The notes under the pieces were generated by a model. That model saw only the letters and a list, made by a program, of their open reading frames with translations. It was not told the origin of the DNA and made no database searches. Positions 51,975 to 64,000 of a stretch of 64,000 bases of DNA are shown one piece after another. Source of the stretch: Podarcis pityusensis (lineage: Eukaryota). The stretch's first letter is position 1, and every line of letters starts with the position of its first letter. The stretch lies in the NCBI GenBank assembly GCA_964106645.2, contig OZ067041.1; one strand, written 5' to 3'. Position numbers and translations under genes: made by a program.

Positions 51975-52949
51975 AACCAATCCAGAGAAACTGCTGGAGA
52001 ATTTCTCCTACACCTGGAGAAATGGTGAATTTAAAGAGGCCTTTTGTTCATGGCTCTTGGTGGAACACAGTGCTGCCAACTCAGTTTGCTCCCAGCAAAG
52101 TCATAAATAAAGATTTCCAGGAACATGGTGGGCTGGCAGGGACCTCTGTGTGACAGGGATCTTTTACCACAATGTGACCACAAAAACATTACCTTGAAGT
52201 AGAAAATGATCATGTGTGAAGAATATGAAGGTAACGTCTCCCCACCCTCCTTCTGCTTGCCTGCAAAAAGCATTTTTACTCTGGGTATTTTCAAAACGAA
52301 GTTTTAATTAACCTTATTTAAAATGATTGACAACGATTGCTTTTTCAGTTGGGGCCTTTGATGGACAACGCTGTCAAAAACAAACAAAAGGAATGAATTC
52401 AAACATCAGATTAACCCAGTGACTCACCACTGTACAGAATTTGTACTCCTAGGAAAAGGATACTGTGACTCCTTTCTTAACTCTTCTCGCTGTGTAGGCG
52501 TTTTTAGATCAGAACCAGATGTCAGATCTCATGAATGCTGCAATACCTAGGGAAAGCCCAAGGAGAACACGTCAAAAGGGAGGAGACCTTGGTGGGTCCC
52601 CCACAACCAAAAATGTAGGGGATGAAGGAAATGATGAGACACACTGCAGTATGAGTGTACATGCCTGGGTGGAGAAAAGGAACCTGCGCAAACTAAGCAG
52701 AATGTCTTCATGGAGCTGACACATGTTCAGATGAAGATGCATAGAACTCTCTGCATGACTGGGAACACTAGTAGAGTTCTTGGTTGTATGGAGAAAGCTC
52801 TGTGTAATTCTACTTCCCCTGGAGTTACCCTGAAATGGACACTACTGTGGCAAAATGATACTTCTGAAGAATAAACTAAATACTACATCTTACACAACAA
52901 CTGAATTTTGGAAATACTGAATTATATCACATATTCTGGTCTCTAAATA

Positions 52950-53211
52950 CAGTGGTGCCCCGCAAGACGAAATTAATTCGTTCTGCGAGTTTTTTCGTCT
53001 TGCAAATTTTTCGTCTTGCGAAGCACGGTTTCCCATAGGGTATTAATGGTTTTAAGAAAAAGGAAACAAACTTGCAAGACGTTTTCGTTTTTCATCTTGC
53101 GAAGCAAGCCCATAGGGAAATTTGTCTTGCGAAGCAACTCAAAAAACAACAAACTCTTTCGTCTTGCACGTTTTTCGTCTTGCGAGGCATTCGTCTTGCG
53201 AGGTACCACTG
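52950..53211. mobile_element. Tc1/mariner (pogo/Tigger-like) MITE with internal GTCTTGC motif array
   Basis: TIRs CAGTGGTGCCCCGCAAGACGAA / TTCGTCTTGCGAGGTACCACTG; TA TSD at 52948-52949 and 53212-53213. Confidence 0.88.
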
Positions 53212-54868
53212 TATATTATTATGAGTTTGTGGGTAAGTAGTCGATGTATGCTAAGACCCTTCTAATTCCTGGATCCAGCAAGTGTTAAAATCTAAGGAAG
53301 GATTCAATTTGTTCAAAACAGCACCAAAAGTGTTATTTCTTGAGATTTAATCAATCGTAATTCCCAGTTTCTTCTTTTGACTCTATGCATTTCATCAAGG
53401 GTCTCCAACATGGTGCCCCATATGCACCACAGAGGCCTTCCCTGATGCCTACAGGGTCCCCACCCCCCAAAAATTAGACTTTTAAAAAGCATTCTGTTGT
53501 AGCCAATAGAATAGGTTGTGGTGTATGTGTGTGTGTTACTACAATTTCTCTGGTTTGCAAACGTGTCCATAATCCTCCAAAGTTGCCAATCTATGTACTT
53601 TATTGACATCAGTTTATGAAAAATACCAAGTCTGTCACACAGAAACATATGCACAGATTTGTTTGTTTTTTATCATTTGCCTTTTAAAAAGTCTCAACAG
53701 CATTATGATCCTTCCTTGCTAGGGCCAAACCTTATTTTCAAAGGACAGAGTGTCAGTCAACTTGTGACAGAATAAGACTTCAAAATAATGAGAAATAGGA
53801 GAAAACAGGAAATACCTTCTTCTGCAATGGAGTGAAATAAGCTTCGCATTACAATATGTTGACTGAATGCTACTACATATAAGCCTAGAGACAATGAGCA
53901 ACATTTTCAAATTGCTTCACGAGCCACTTTTGTATTCACACTGTATACTCTAAATGGTAAATATCTGAGACAATATGCTGATAAAGTGGTCCCCAGGAGA
54001 GACATTTAATGAGCATGCAACCCAGTGGTACAAAATATTTGACTATTATTTTGCACCCGCTGTAAGCAATCATGCTATTTTACTGTATGGCTGTTAAAAT
54101 GAGAGCGCCTCATTGCAGGAAGTGAATTCTCACAGGGTGGAATAGAAGAAGTGCAGAGGATACAGCTTATTTCAAATTCAGAAAAGTAAACTTCCTTGTC
54201 TGCCATGGATATGTGGAGTCTTTCAAAGGAAGAGAACAATACAGGCATAGCAAAGCCTATCTTTTCACTGAAATAAACAGGGAAGGAGTTCTATGACTGG
54301 ACCTCTGTATCCAGGTATTAATACACAACATTTGTCTTGATTCTACAAAACAGATAAGGAAAACAAAATTATTAAGACTGCCAAATTTCAACTACACCTA
54401 TTTCTACTACAGGGTTGCCCATATAAAGTTGCAGTATGTTGTTTCATGCAACCCTACCATTAAATCTGCATTCCTAGGAAAATGCGCTTTTATAACATTT
54501 GGATTTCTTTTCTTTTTTGTATAAGAATGTTTTGCAACACCCACCCACACCTAGTTTATTCAAAAGCAGACCCAAAGGTTTAAGAGGCAATCCATTCTTT
54601 TCTAGGAAGGGGATAATAATACATTAACTGTGCAACCCTCTGCATGTCTAATCAGAATTCTGTGCAACTGACCCCAAGTATAAATGCTAGCGAAACAAAA
54701 AAATGGTTCAGAAAAAAAATGAAGTTGGGGGACAAAATAGTTTCTCCTCCAATTACTAGGTCAACTTACCTTTGCCCCCTGAATTGTTGTTTTTATACAG
54801 CCCTAAAATTATAGTAATATGTTTGACTTTACCATTTTTGAGTAGAATACCTGCCTAACCAATATCAT

Positions 54869-55207
54869 GGGACATGGGTGGCGCTGTGGGTTAAACCACA
54901 GAGCCTAGGGCTTGCCGATCAGAAGGTCGGCGGTTCGAATCCCCGCGATGGGGTGAGCTCCCGTTGCTTGGTTCCTGCTCCTGCCAACCTAGCAGTTCGA
55001 AAGCACATCAAAGTGCAAGTAGATAAATAGGTACCTCTCCGGCGGGAAGGTAAACGGCATTTCCGTGTGCTGCTCTGGTTCGCCAGATGACCCAGAAGCT
55101 GTTTGCGGACAAACGCCAGCTCCCTTGGCCAGTAAAGCAAGATGAGTGCCGCAACCCCAGAGTCGTCTGTGACTGGACCTATTGGTCAGGGTTCCCTTTA
55201 CCTTTTT
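54869..55207 (+). mobile_element. Sauria SINE, full length
   Basis: GGGACATGGGTGGCGCTGTGGGTTAAACCACAGAGCCTAGG..GGTTCGAATCCC (B box)..CCCTTTACCTTT. Confidence 0.92.
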
Positions 55208-55321
55208 AACTTCAAAAACAGAACAGAATAAATCGTCTACTCGCAGAAACAGTGAATCAATAATTAGCGATGAAATGCTGCAGCAGAGCAGGGAGTGATG
55301 GTAAAACTAACAAATTCATAA

Positions 55322-55323
<2 letters not shown>

Positions 55324-55354
<31 letters not shown>
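55324..55354. repeat. (GT)n microsatellite
   Basis: Directly visible. Confidence 0.95.
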
Positions 55355-55356
<2 letters not shown>

Positions 55357-55485
55357 CAATAACAGCTTTGGAACAATGCAAACTAAACTATACTAATCTG
55401 CACTACAAGCTCCCTGTTCTACATTTGTACAAGCTTGACTGTTCTACATTTGGAGTCTATTGTCAGTGAAGCTATACCATGAGAG

Positions 55486-55623
55486 CAGGCTTCCTCAACC
55501 TTGGACCTCCAGACGTATTGAGACTACAATTCCCATCATCCCTGACCATTGGTCCTGCTAGCTAGGGATCATGGGAGTTGTAGGCCAAAAAAACATCTGG
55601 AGGGCCATGGTTGAGGAAGCCTG
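55486..55623. mobile_element. Palindromic hAT-type MITE, variant TIR CAGGCTTCCTCAAC
   Basis: CAGGCTTCCTCAACC / GGTTGAGGAAGCCTG ends; core shared with 34015-34150; no intact TSD. Confidence 0.82.
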
Positions 55624-56346
55624 GTGAAAAGTTTAAACTTCACCAAAGTATTTTCCAGGCATGCTGCTAATGAAAAAAAAAGGCATCAAACAGAAAGCAG
55701 TAATGATACGCGTGCCCTTGATAAATAATTGTATGGTGATAGAACATGCTTGTAATGATGTGACTGGAATAGAGACTAGTTGATTTAGAAGTTACTGGAA
55801 TAGAAATTATTCTGGGCACTCAAATGGATGTGGAAGTACTTTATAAATGTAAATATCAGTGCATGGATTTTATAGATACAAGGACAGAGGTATCCCCCTA
55901 AGATCACTTTCTAATTCCAAAAACAGAGCCAAGAATAAAACGATGGTCTCTTAACTTCCCGCAGTGCCACATTATTTGCAGACAGATATCTATTGTGGTT
56001 TTGGTCATTTATTAATTAACGTACACAAACATAATGTACCCAGTAAGAGAATGGGAAACACTAAGAACAATTGTCCTGCTGGGCATGACATATTAAAGGC
56101 AAGATAGAGATGAAACAATTCAAAACATTTCAACATTTGGATTTTTACATCAAAATCTAATTTTGAAATTTGACACCCTAATGCCAGAATCAAAATTTAT
56201 CATTTGGACTACTCTTTCATAGGAAACTGACCCATATGCCTCCCTTTTTTATTTTTTTATTTTTGGCAAAAGCCTTTTATTAGGCCAGAATGTTAAAACC
56301 ATTTATGCCACTGTGAATGTTTTATTAAATTTTACTATAATTCTGT

Positions 56347-56394
56347 AGAGTAGACCCACTGAAATGAATAAGTTAATTTCAGTGGGTCTACTCT
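56347..56394. repeat. Short palindromic element (MITE core)
   Basis: AGAGTAGACCCACTGAAAT and ATTTCAGTGGGTCTACTCT form perfect 19-bp arms with a 10-nt loop. Confidence 0.7.
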
Positions 56395-56690
56395 GAGTAA
56401 AAGGTAGTTGAATACCACCCATTATAAGCAATCATGCTATTTTACTTTCATTTCAAACCTTACAAAGAAATAATTCATCCATGGCAATAGGGTAATTGAA
56501 CTCACTAACCCTAGATGCAGTTATCTGTCTTGTTGCAAGGAAAGGTAGGGGATGTTCTGCTGTAATCGTTACTTCTGTTTTGATATGGATAAGATCAATT
56601 CTGGTTTTAATCAGTAATGACTTTTATATTGAAATTTGTTCTCTACTGCTTTTATTTGATAGCCATTTCATATATATATATTTAAAAATT

Positions 56691-56725
<35 letters not shown>

Positions 56726-56804
56726 TTATTATTTACTCAGGGCGGCTTCCAGCACATAAAAAAAATCAAACATTAATATATTTTTACCATATTCTTCTAT
56801 TATT

Positions 56805-58629
56805 ATTATTATTTTTTTTAATAATTTTTATTAAAGTTTAAAACAACATAAAACAAAAAAAACAGAAAAACTCACATAAAAATAATACAAAACTTAACAA
56901 TAAAAACACAAAATACAACAATTAAAAACAAACTCTCTTTTCCATTTCCAATTTTACATGACTTATTTTCTAGACTTCCTCAAACCTCCCTCCTTTGTAT
57001 TCCAGTCCACATTGTTTGTTCAGCAGTTTCTTTTCCACTTTTTTTTAATCCCAATCTTTAATTTAGTAAAATGCTAAAATATATAACTTCAATTTTTTTT
57101 TTTAAACCTAGTCCTTGGTCTTAATATCATATAACTTTGAAGTTTTCCCTTTTAATATCAGATTTCCATAACTTTAACCTGTACAGCTGGAAACCACTTG
57201 TTTTCAGTCCAACATCACTCTAACATTCCTTAATTTTGCAATGTTTCTGAAGATAGTCTTTAAATTTCTTCCAGTCTTCCTCCATCGACTCTTCTCCCTG
57301 GTCACGGATTCTACCAGTCATTTCAGCCAGTTCCATATAGTCCATAAGTTTCATCTGCCATTCCTCCAGCGTGGGAAGTTCTTGTGTCTTCCAATACTTT
57401 GCGATGAGTATTCTTGCTGCTGTTGTTGCATACATAAAGAAAGTTCTATCCTTTTTTAACACCATTTGGCCGACTATGCCCAGGAGAAAGGCCTCTGGTT
57501 TCTTAGGGAAGGTATACTTAAATACCTTTTTTAATTCATTATATATCATTTCCCAGAAGACCTTAATCTTTGGGCACGTCCACCAAAGGTGAAAAAATGT
57601 ACCTTCAATTTCTTTACATTTCCAACATTTGTTATCGGGCAAGTGATAGATTTTCGCAAGCTTGACTGGGGTTATGTACCACCTGTATATCATTTTCATA
57701 ATATTCTCTCTTAAGGCATTACATGCCGTAAATTTCATACCTGTGGTCCATAACTGTTCCCAGTCAGCAAACATAATGTTATGTCCTACGTCCTGTGCCC
57801 ATTTAATCATAGCCGATTTTACCGTTTCATCTTGAGTATTCCATTTCAGCAGCAAGTTATACATTCTTGACAAATTCTTAGTATTGGGTTCTAACAATTC
57901 TGTTTCTAATTTTGATTTTTCCACCTGGAAGCCAATTTTCCTGTCCAATTTAAATGCCTCCATTATTTGATAATAATGAAGCCAGTCTCGCACTTTGTTT
58001 TTTAGTTTTTCAAAACTCTGCAATTTCAGTCTATCTCCGTCTTGTTCCAAAATTTCCCAATATTTCGGCCATTTGACCTCCATATTGACCCTTTTCAAGG
58101 CTTTCGCTTCCATTGGTGACAGCCACCTTGGGGTTTTATTTTCTAGCAAATCCTTATATCTTATCCAAACATTAAATAGCGCTTTCCTGACAATGTGGTT
58201 TTTGAATGCTTTGTGTGCTTTGGCTTTATCATACCATAAATATGCATGCCATCCAAATACATTATTAAAACCTTCCAAGTCCAAAATGTCAGTGTTTTCA
58301 AGAAGTAGCCATTCTTTCAACCAGCAAAAAGCTGCTGATTCATAATAAAGTTTGAGGTCTGGCAGGGCAAATCCACCTCTTTCCTTTGCATCTGTTAGTA
58401 TTTTAAATTTTATTCTGGGTTTCTTGCCCTGCCAGACAAATTTAGAAATATCTTTCTGCCACCTCTTGAAACAATCCATTTTGTCCACAATCTGCAAAGT
58501 TTGAAACAAAAACAACATTCTAGGCAATACATTTATTTTTATCGCAGCAATACGGCCTAGCAGTGAAAGCTTCAAATTTGACCAAATTTCTAAATCTTTT
58601 TTCACTTCTGACCAACATTTTCATCTTCG
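56805..58629 (-). mobile_element. 5'-truncated L1-clade LINE (ORF2 C-terminus, 3' UTR, A-rich tail)
   Basis: Open ORF2 C-terminal region, about 400-bp 3' UTR with AATAAA, A/AAT tail; probable TSD TCTATTATT at 56796-56804 and 58630-58638. Confidence 0.9.
57220..58605 (-). pseudogene. L1 ORF2p C-terminal 461 aa (post-RT region and CCHC zinc knuckle); lacks EN and RT core
   Basis: WSNLKLSLLGRIAAIKINVLPR, FVWQGKKPRI, GGFALPDLKLYY, CWKC..EGTFFHLWWTC are L1 ORF2 motifs; no stops or frameshifts. Confidence 0.92.
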
Positions 58630-59064
58630 TCTATTATTTTCAAGTGTCCTCAAGCTTTTAAGGAAATGAGACCGCAATAATCTAGTAAGAGACTCATTAA
58701 AGAAAATAAACAAACGTTTTTTAAAATATTGGGTCATACGCTCCTTGCTTGTTTAAACTGAGCACAAACCATAATGTGAAAAGCTACCCCCACCCCATGT
58801 TAAAGCCCTTTGGAAAACGATTGTGTTCAGGTTTTGCTGATCCTCCAGGATATAGCTCACTGCAATAACATGCAGTTCACCCGGTCACAGTCTTTCCTGC
58901 TGAGATATATTGTATTTCTATTTAAACTGCAGTCATTATTTTTTAAATTTGTATCTATTATGGATACAGTTTTAGTATATGCAACTTCTTTGCAAATCAA
59001 TGTCCTCTTTTTGTCATCTTCTTTTTCTTTTCTGGTGTTACATTTCCCCTTGTGCAAATGGAGA

Positions 59065-59225
59065 CCCTTCTAGGAAAACTGAGGTCCACAGCTGGGAATC
59101 TCAGGAGGAGAGCAAGCTGCTGTTCTTTGGTCCTGTTTATGGTCTTCCCAGAGGCATCTAGCTGGCCACTGAGAAAACAAGATGGACTAGATAGGCCTTT
59201 GACCAGATCAAGCAGCAATCTTACA
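59065..59225 (+). mobile_element. CR1-type LINE 3' end
   Basis: GGCATCTAGCTGGCCACTGAG..GATGGACTAGATAGGCCTTTGACCAGATCAAGCAG; homologous to 19890-20042. Confidence 0.6.
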
Positions 59226-59275
59226 ACATTCATATAAAAAAAGAAATGGCTCTGGTGCCTATTATTTAACAGCTA

Positions 59276-59519
59276 CAGTCATACCTCAGGATAAATGTGC
59301 TTCAAGTTAAGTATTTTCGGGTTGTGCTCTGTGGCGACCCGGAAGTAACGGAGCGCGTTACTTCTGGGTTTCGCCACGCGCACATGTGCAGACGGTCAAA
59401 ATGATGTCACGTGCATGCGTGGAAGCAGCAAAACGCGACCCGCGGACGTGGGTAGCGTTCGCTTCAGGATGCGAATGAGGCTCTGGAACGGATCCTGTTC
59501 GCATCCCAAGGTACCACTG
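59276..59519. mobile_element. Tc1/mariner (pogo/Tigger-like) MITE
   Basis: TIRs CAGTCATACCTCAGGAT / ATCCCAAGGTACCACTG, TA TSD; CpG-rich core with an internal palindrome (GGAAGTAAC..GTTACTTC). Confidence 0.85.
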
Positions 59520-61752
59520 TATTTTAAAATGTCAAAACAGTCTGTTGTCTTGCCTGCCTTTGATACATTTTTGCCAGGGTTGCGTTTGTTTTACAAAATC
59601 ATTTCATCTTAAAATCCAGGCTGCATGAGAGAAAAAAGAAAGTACCTACCCAGTTGAGTTTTATTATTAGCCCCTTTTCCAGTCCTATGACACTCTAAAA
59701 TTTAAACTAGCTACTTCGCTGATGTCTTCCCCTGCAAAAGCTAAGATAATTTAGGATTCCCTCAGAGGCTATGCTTTTACCTCCAAGACTCTATAGATTT
59801 CTTCATCCATCCATTCCTAGACTGCTGCACTTGGCAATATATCATAAGGGTAAATTGCAAGAATGAAGATAAATGTAATATACACTAGTGGAGTTACTGG
59901 GGTAATCAGGGGACTAGTTCCTGAAGGCAGACATAATGCAGACTTCAGAGAAAAATTAGATGCCACCTTTGTGGGGCCTGGTGTAAAAGTTTCATGAGGC
60001 AGCAGCTTCTCCAAAAAGTAATCACAAAGGAAAAAAGGGCAATTATTGCCCGAACCAAATGAATTATCTGCTCCATGACATTGCCCCCTGAAAGGCTGAT
60101 CCCATTCACGGGTGCATATATAGAGCAATTTCCTTCAGTGCAAAGAGGTTATATTACCACTTTTCAAGGGATTGTTAACAGCACATCTGCTATACTCCAT
60201 ATTGTTCTGGGCTTCGCACTCAGGAAAGAAATATCAAATGAGACTGAGAGAGGGCTCAGAAAAGGCCAAATGAAATGATACAATGCCCTCAGGTCTATGA
60301 CCTGTGAAGAGGGGGAAGTCCCACAGCTGCTCTCCAGGGTTTAGAAGACAGTGAAATGATTAAAATGGTTGGTACTCGTATATGGTAGTTGTGGGAAGTG
60401 GCACAAATAAATAAATAAATTTTGGTAATAGTCGCCTTCTGGTAACTCCCAACACCCTCAGCAAACTTAGATCAGAGGCAATGATGGAACTGAGGGATTA
60501 AATCTGAATGGTTCTGACAGGAATTTTGAGGAGGGGCTTCCACAACCCCAAGACTTTTTCTTAACAGTCTACTTGGGGAGTCATGTGACCAATGGCTTTT
60601 CCGAATGACTTTTGCATGCAAAACTAAAATGATAAATACACGCTCAAATGGTCCACCTTCCGTTTAAAAGTGCCCTGAAGCATCTGGGCTGGATACATGG
60701 CTTACAAAATGTCCAATATAAGCACATCTGCTGAATAATTGCTTGTTTGCTTGTTTGCAGACAAAATGAATAATGAAAGCAAGCATGATGAGGCTGCTAA
60801 AGATGGGCCTAATTAAGTGATTCCTTGTTATGTCTCTTTTAAAAAACTTTTTTTTTTTACTCTTTCATATTCACATTCTTTTTTAATTCTTCTTCTTCTT
60901 CTTTTTCTTTTGTAAAGTTCAGCTTAGTGTTATACTATCTTGCTCTCAAAAATGTTTTAACACAGAGCTGGGAAATGTGGCCATGAGAGAATGTGACTGC
61001 GATATTGCAACAGCAGCCACACACATCCTGGGCACTGTAGCCCTGTAAGGGTTAAACTACAGTTCCAGGATACTTTGGGTGAATCTATGTGCTTTAAATA
61101 TGTTTTAAATGTATAATATGGATGTGACCAGCTTCACTGACTGCTGGCCCATTTCTGGGCACACTTCAAAGTGCTGGTTATGAACTATGCTCAAAGGGGA
61201 AACTGCACTTAGACAATCTGTTCTACTGTGCTCAATACTGTTGAGCTGTATTTAGACCTTCTAGCAGAAATGGGCATTTCTCTCTCTCAGGCCCACGTGA
61301 CCTATTGCTTCCCACACCACTACATGTTCATGTAGCTTATCATGCTGTAATGGAGCTTTCCCTTCCATCTTTGCTTTCTGAGAAGCACAGCAGTGAGTCG
61401 CCTGGGATCATTGCATCAACAAGCCCCTCTTTCCGTCTTGGGTCCCAGTAAGCTCTTGCAACTCACTCACCCATGATTTACACTTTGTCCTGAGATGAAC
61501 TATATTCCTTGCTTGCTTCACAAGAATCTCTTGCCTGTCTGGACTGCCATTCTACTTCCAACACAAACTGTTCTCAGCAAACCCAGGCATGTCAGGGCAG
61601 CACTGGGGAGAGTATGGCCAGAGGTTGGCTCTAGCTTTGAGGGGTCCTGGGGAAAGTTCCCTGGGCAAAGTCCCTGATGAACTCATCTGGCTGAGACAGC
61701 AGGCTGAGTCACAGTGCTCTGACTTAGACCCTTCTAAAGTCACACCTGCTTG

Positions 61753-61882
61753 CACTGGAGCCAACTCCAGGGGGCTGTGAGTTCTTCGGCACCCACAATA
61801 ATATATTTCTGGGGGCTGCCCCACCCAAAAGTCAATGGGCAAAGTTGAAGCCCATAATCTTCAGCATGAGATGGCACCTATG
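61753..61882. mobile_element. hAT-type MITE
   Basis: Ends CACTGGAGCCAACTC / GAGATGGCACCTATG; TSD CCTGCTTG (61745-61752) and CTTGCTTG (61883-61890). Confidence 0.65.
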
Positions 61883-61899
61883 CTTGCTTGAGGCTAGGG

Positions 61900-62035
61900 C
61901 AGGCATAGGCAAACTCTGGCCCTCAAGATGTTTGGAACTACAATTCCCATCATCCCTAGCTAACAGGACCAGTGACCAGGGATGATGGGAATTGTAGTCC
62001 CAAACATCTGGAGCGCCAGAGTTTGCCTATGCTTG
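61900..62035. mobile_element. Palindromic hAT-type MITE, 136 bp
   Basis: Same family as 34015-34150 with the loop reversed; exact TSD GGCTAGGG at 61892-61899 and 62036-62043. Confidence 0.92.
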
Positions 62036-64000
62036 GGCTAGGGTGATGCACCACTTCCCCAAACCCATAACTGGACTAAGGATTCCAGCAGCTGCAGTGC
62101 CATGCTGAGGTACAGTCCGCCTTTATTTCCAGCTGACGGCTCTGAGTGAAGACTTCTCTACCCCAGGCTCCACCCCTCAGCTTGCTCCTGTTAGGGCAAT
62201 TTCAAATTTCAGGATGACAGCAAGCTGGGGGGGGGGTGTGTGAGAGGCCGCCATGCCACAACCGCTGCCCACCTTTGGACCAGTTAAGCAGTCATTTCCC
62301 ATACATGCCCCTTTAAAATCTGATCCCAAAAGAAATATCCTTAATCACCCTGGCTTCTTAAGAGATGCCTCCCACCTCCCCTCCTTGGAATTGTTTGTGA
62401 TTTTGCCTTCATTTCTTGCTTATAAGAAATTCCCACCCATCTTGAACTCATTTCTCATTGGATATTTCTAACTGTGTCATCCCACTCAGTAATTCTTTAA
62501 CCTTGTTGAAATCAGCAACAGTCCATTGTGCATGTTGATGCTCAGCTTTCCCTTTCCTCAGTATTATGACTCTTATGATGATTTTGTCACTTCCACCCAA
62601 GGTCCCCACTACTTTCACCCTATTGGTGAATATTGGGTCTAGGATAGTTAATCTTTCGGTCTCTTCTTTTACTTGCTAGAAGATGATGGTCAGCAAGGCA
62701 AGTCCAGAATTTATTAGACCTTTCATTCTTTGCAGAAAGGTATCATCGAGGTCTTCTATGTACAGTATCTCCTCTCTGAAAGTCTGCTTATTACACATAC
62801 TGAAACAGCACAGCAAAGATTTCATATATCTGCATGTGACTTTGGGTTCCTTTATGCTTGGAAGACTAGGACTTTTGTGAAATTTCTTCAGGGATCATTG
62901 GAGTAAGGAGTTACTTCCTAACACAACAAAACTGAGACTCAGACCTGGGCCATCGGTCCCAGAAGATGGCATGATATCACCTCTCAATGCTGGCTGGCTG
63001 ATGATTAGGGCATATATGTTGAAGCATTCACAAACCTGGGGCAGTGAATTCATATTCAACCTACATTGCCCCTCCCTGAAAGAGAGAGAGATAATTAACT
63101 TAGTTTGGAAAGCACCTGAACAAATGGTAACCTAAACCCATTCTCTGCACTGAATTCTGCACTTGCTTTGCATTTTACATCACTTCACCAGTCATGTGTA
63201 ACATTTTATGTGACAGCAGCAAAATTGGTGCCACGGTTGTTAATTTCAAAAATCATATACACTAAAGGACAGAGGTGTACGTTCCCTTTACTTGTTATTT
63301 TTTTTAATAAAAAAGAAGCAAACACTCCACACTCACATTATAAATGACCTCCCCAAACATACCTGCTTTGCTCCCACAGTAAATACTGCCAGCTCAGCAA
63401 GTGCATTTTGCAAAGCTGCTGCACAATGTTGTAATCTGATATATCAGCAATTCAGTATAGCTGCTGACACATCGCCTCCATTTTTGTTGTTGCTGCTCTT
63501 TGCACAGCATAAAAGTCTCAGGGCCACCCACAAAAGTGACAGCGTTGACATCAAAAACTGCATACTGAATACCCTGTCTGTTTAACCAAAGCACAGAGAG
63601 GGAGAGCTAATCATTTTAGTCCAGTCATTCCAAATCTTTTGCTGTACCGGGAAAAAGCTGAGAGACGGAATCTTTCCTATCCTTTCCAAGGGGGCTGCTT
63701 ATTTTGTTGCATAAAACATATAGCTGGAAGGGCCAATTCGCTGGTTTAAATTATGCATTAGAGGAAAATGTTGACTCCATTCTAATTGTAGAATCAAATG
63801 TTTCTACAGCTCATAAAGGATTTTTTATTTGCACCTAGTCAGGCTTTTCAACACTTCCTTCTTGTATGGCTTTGGGAAGATGTGCTTTACTAAATATATA
63901 AAAGTTCCTTACCTTCAGTTTTTAAAAGTTCCTATTAGGCAGACACCTTCAAACCCTGCCTTTTAACATCTGTGGAGGAAAGTGTTGCCAAAAAGATGCT

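Noticed and set aside
51600-52110. Promoter at the (GA)n tract with adjacent CCAAT
   Set aside because: No CpG island or identifiable first exon; motifs too common to support a call.
52960-53205. CRISPR-like repeat array
   Set aside because: Motifs are about 7-12 bp, irregularly spaced, in both orientations and inside a TA-flanked MITE in eukaryotic DNA.
1-64000. The many 60-160 aa ORFs in the six-frame track as host genes
   Set aside because: No recognisable domains; many start at non-ATG codons, lie in repeats or are antisense shadows of LINE ORFs; expected by chance.

Overview
Vertebrate genomic DNA, AT-rich and CpG-depleted. Sauria SINEs place it in a squamate reptile, and the MITE and SINE repertoire resembles lacertid lizards (inference). 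I recognise no host protein-coding exon, RNA gene, CRISPR array or prokaryotic system; the window reads as a repeat-dense intron or intergenic region. The only real coding sequences are retrotransposon-derived: a 5'-truncated RTE-X-type LINE (2854-5952; endonuclease plus RT, one in-frame stop, 9-bp TSD, (TTCA)n tail) and a 5'-truncated L1 on the minus strand (about 56805-58629). Also present are many L2, CR1 and RTE fragments, several SINE families, Tc1/mariner-type and hAT-type MITEs with TSDs, a fold-back Penelope-like remnant and probable LTR pieces. Unexplained by repeats: a CpG-rich non-repeat island at about 29170-29645 (speculative endogenous viral fragment), a duplicated 3' splice-site module (30466/30931), a 40-bp inverted repeat 2.2 kb apart (35462/37674), a 22-bp direct repeat (54063/56425) and several splice-site-bounded micro-exon candidates. 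Family assignments are from motif recognition only; no database search was run.
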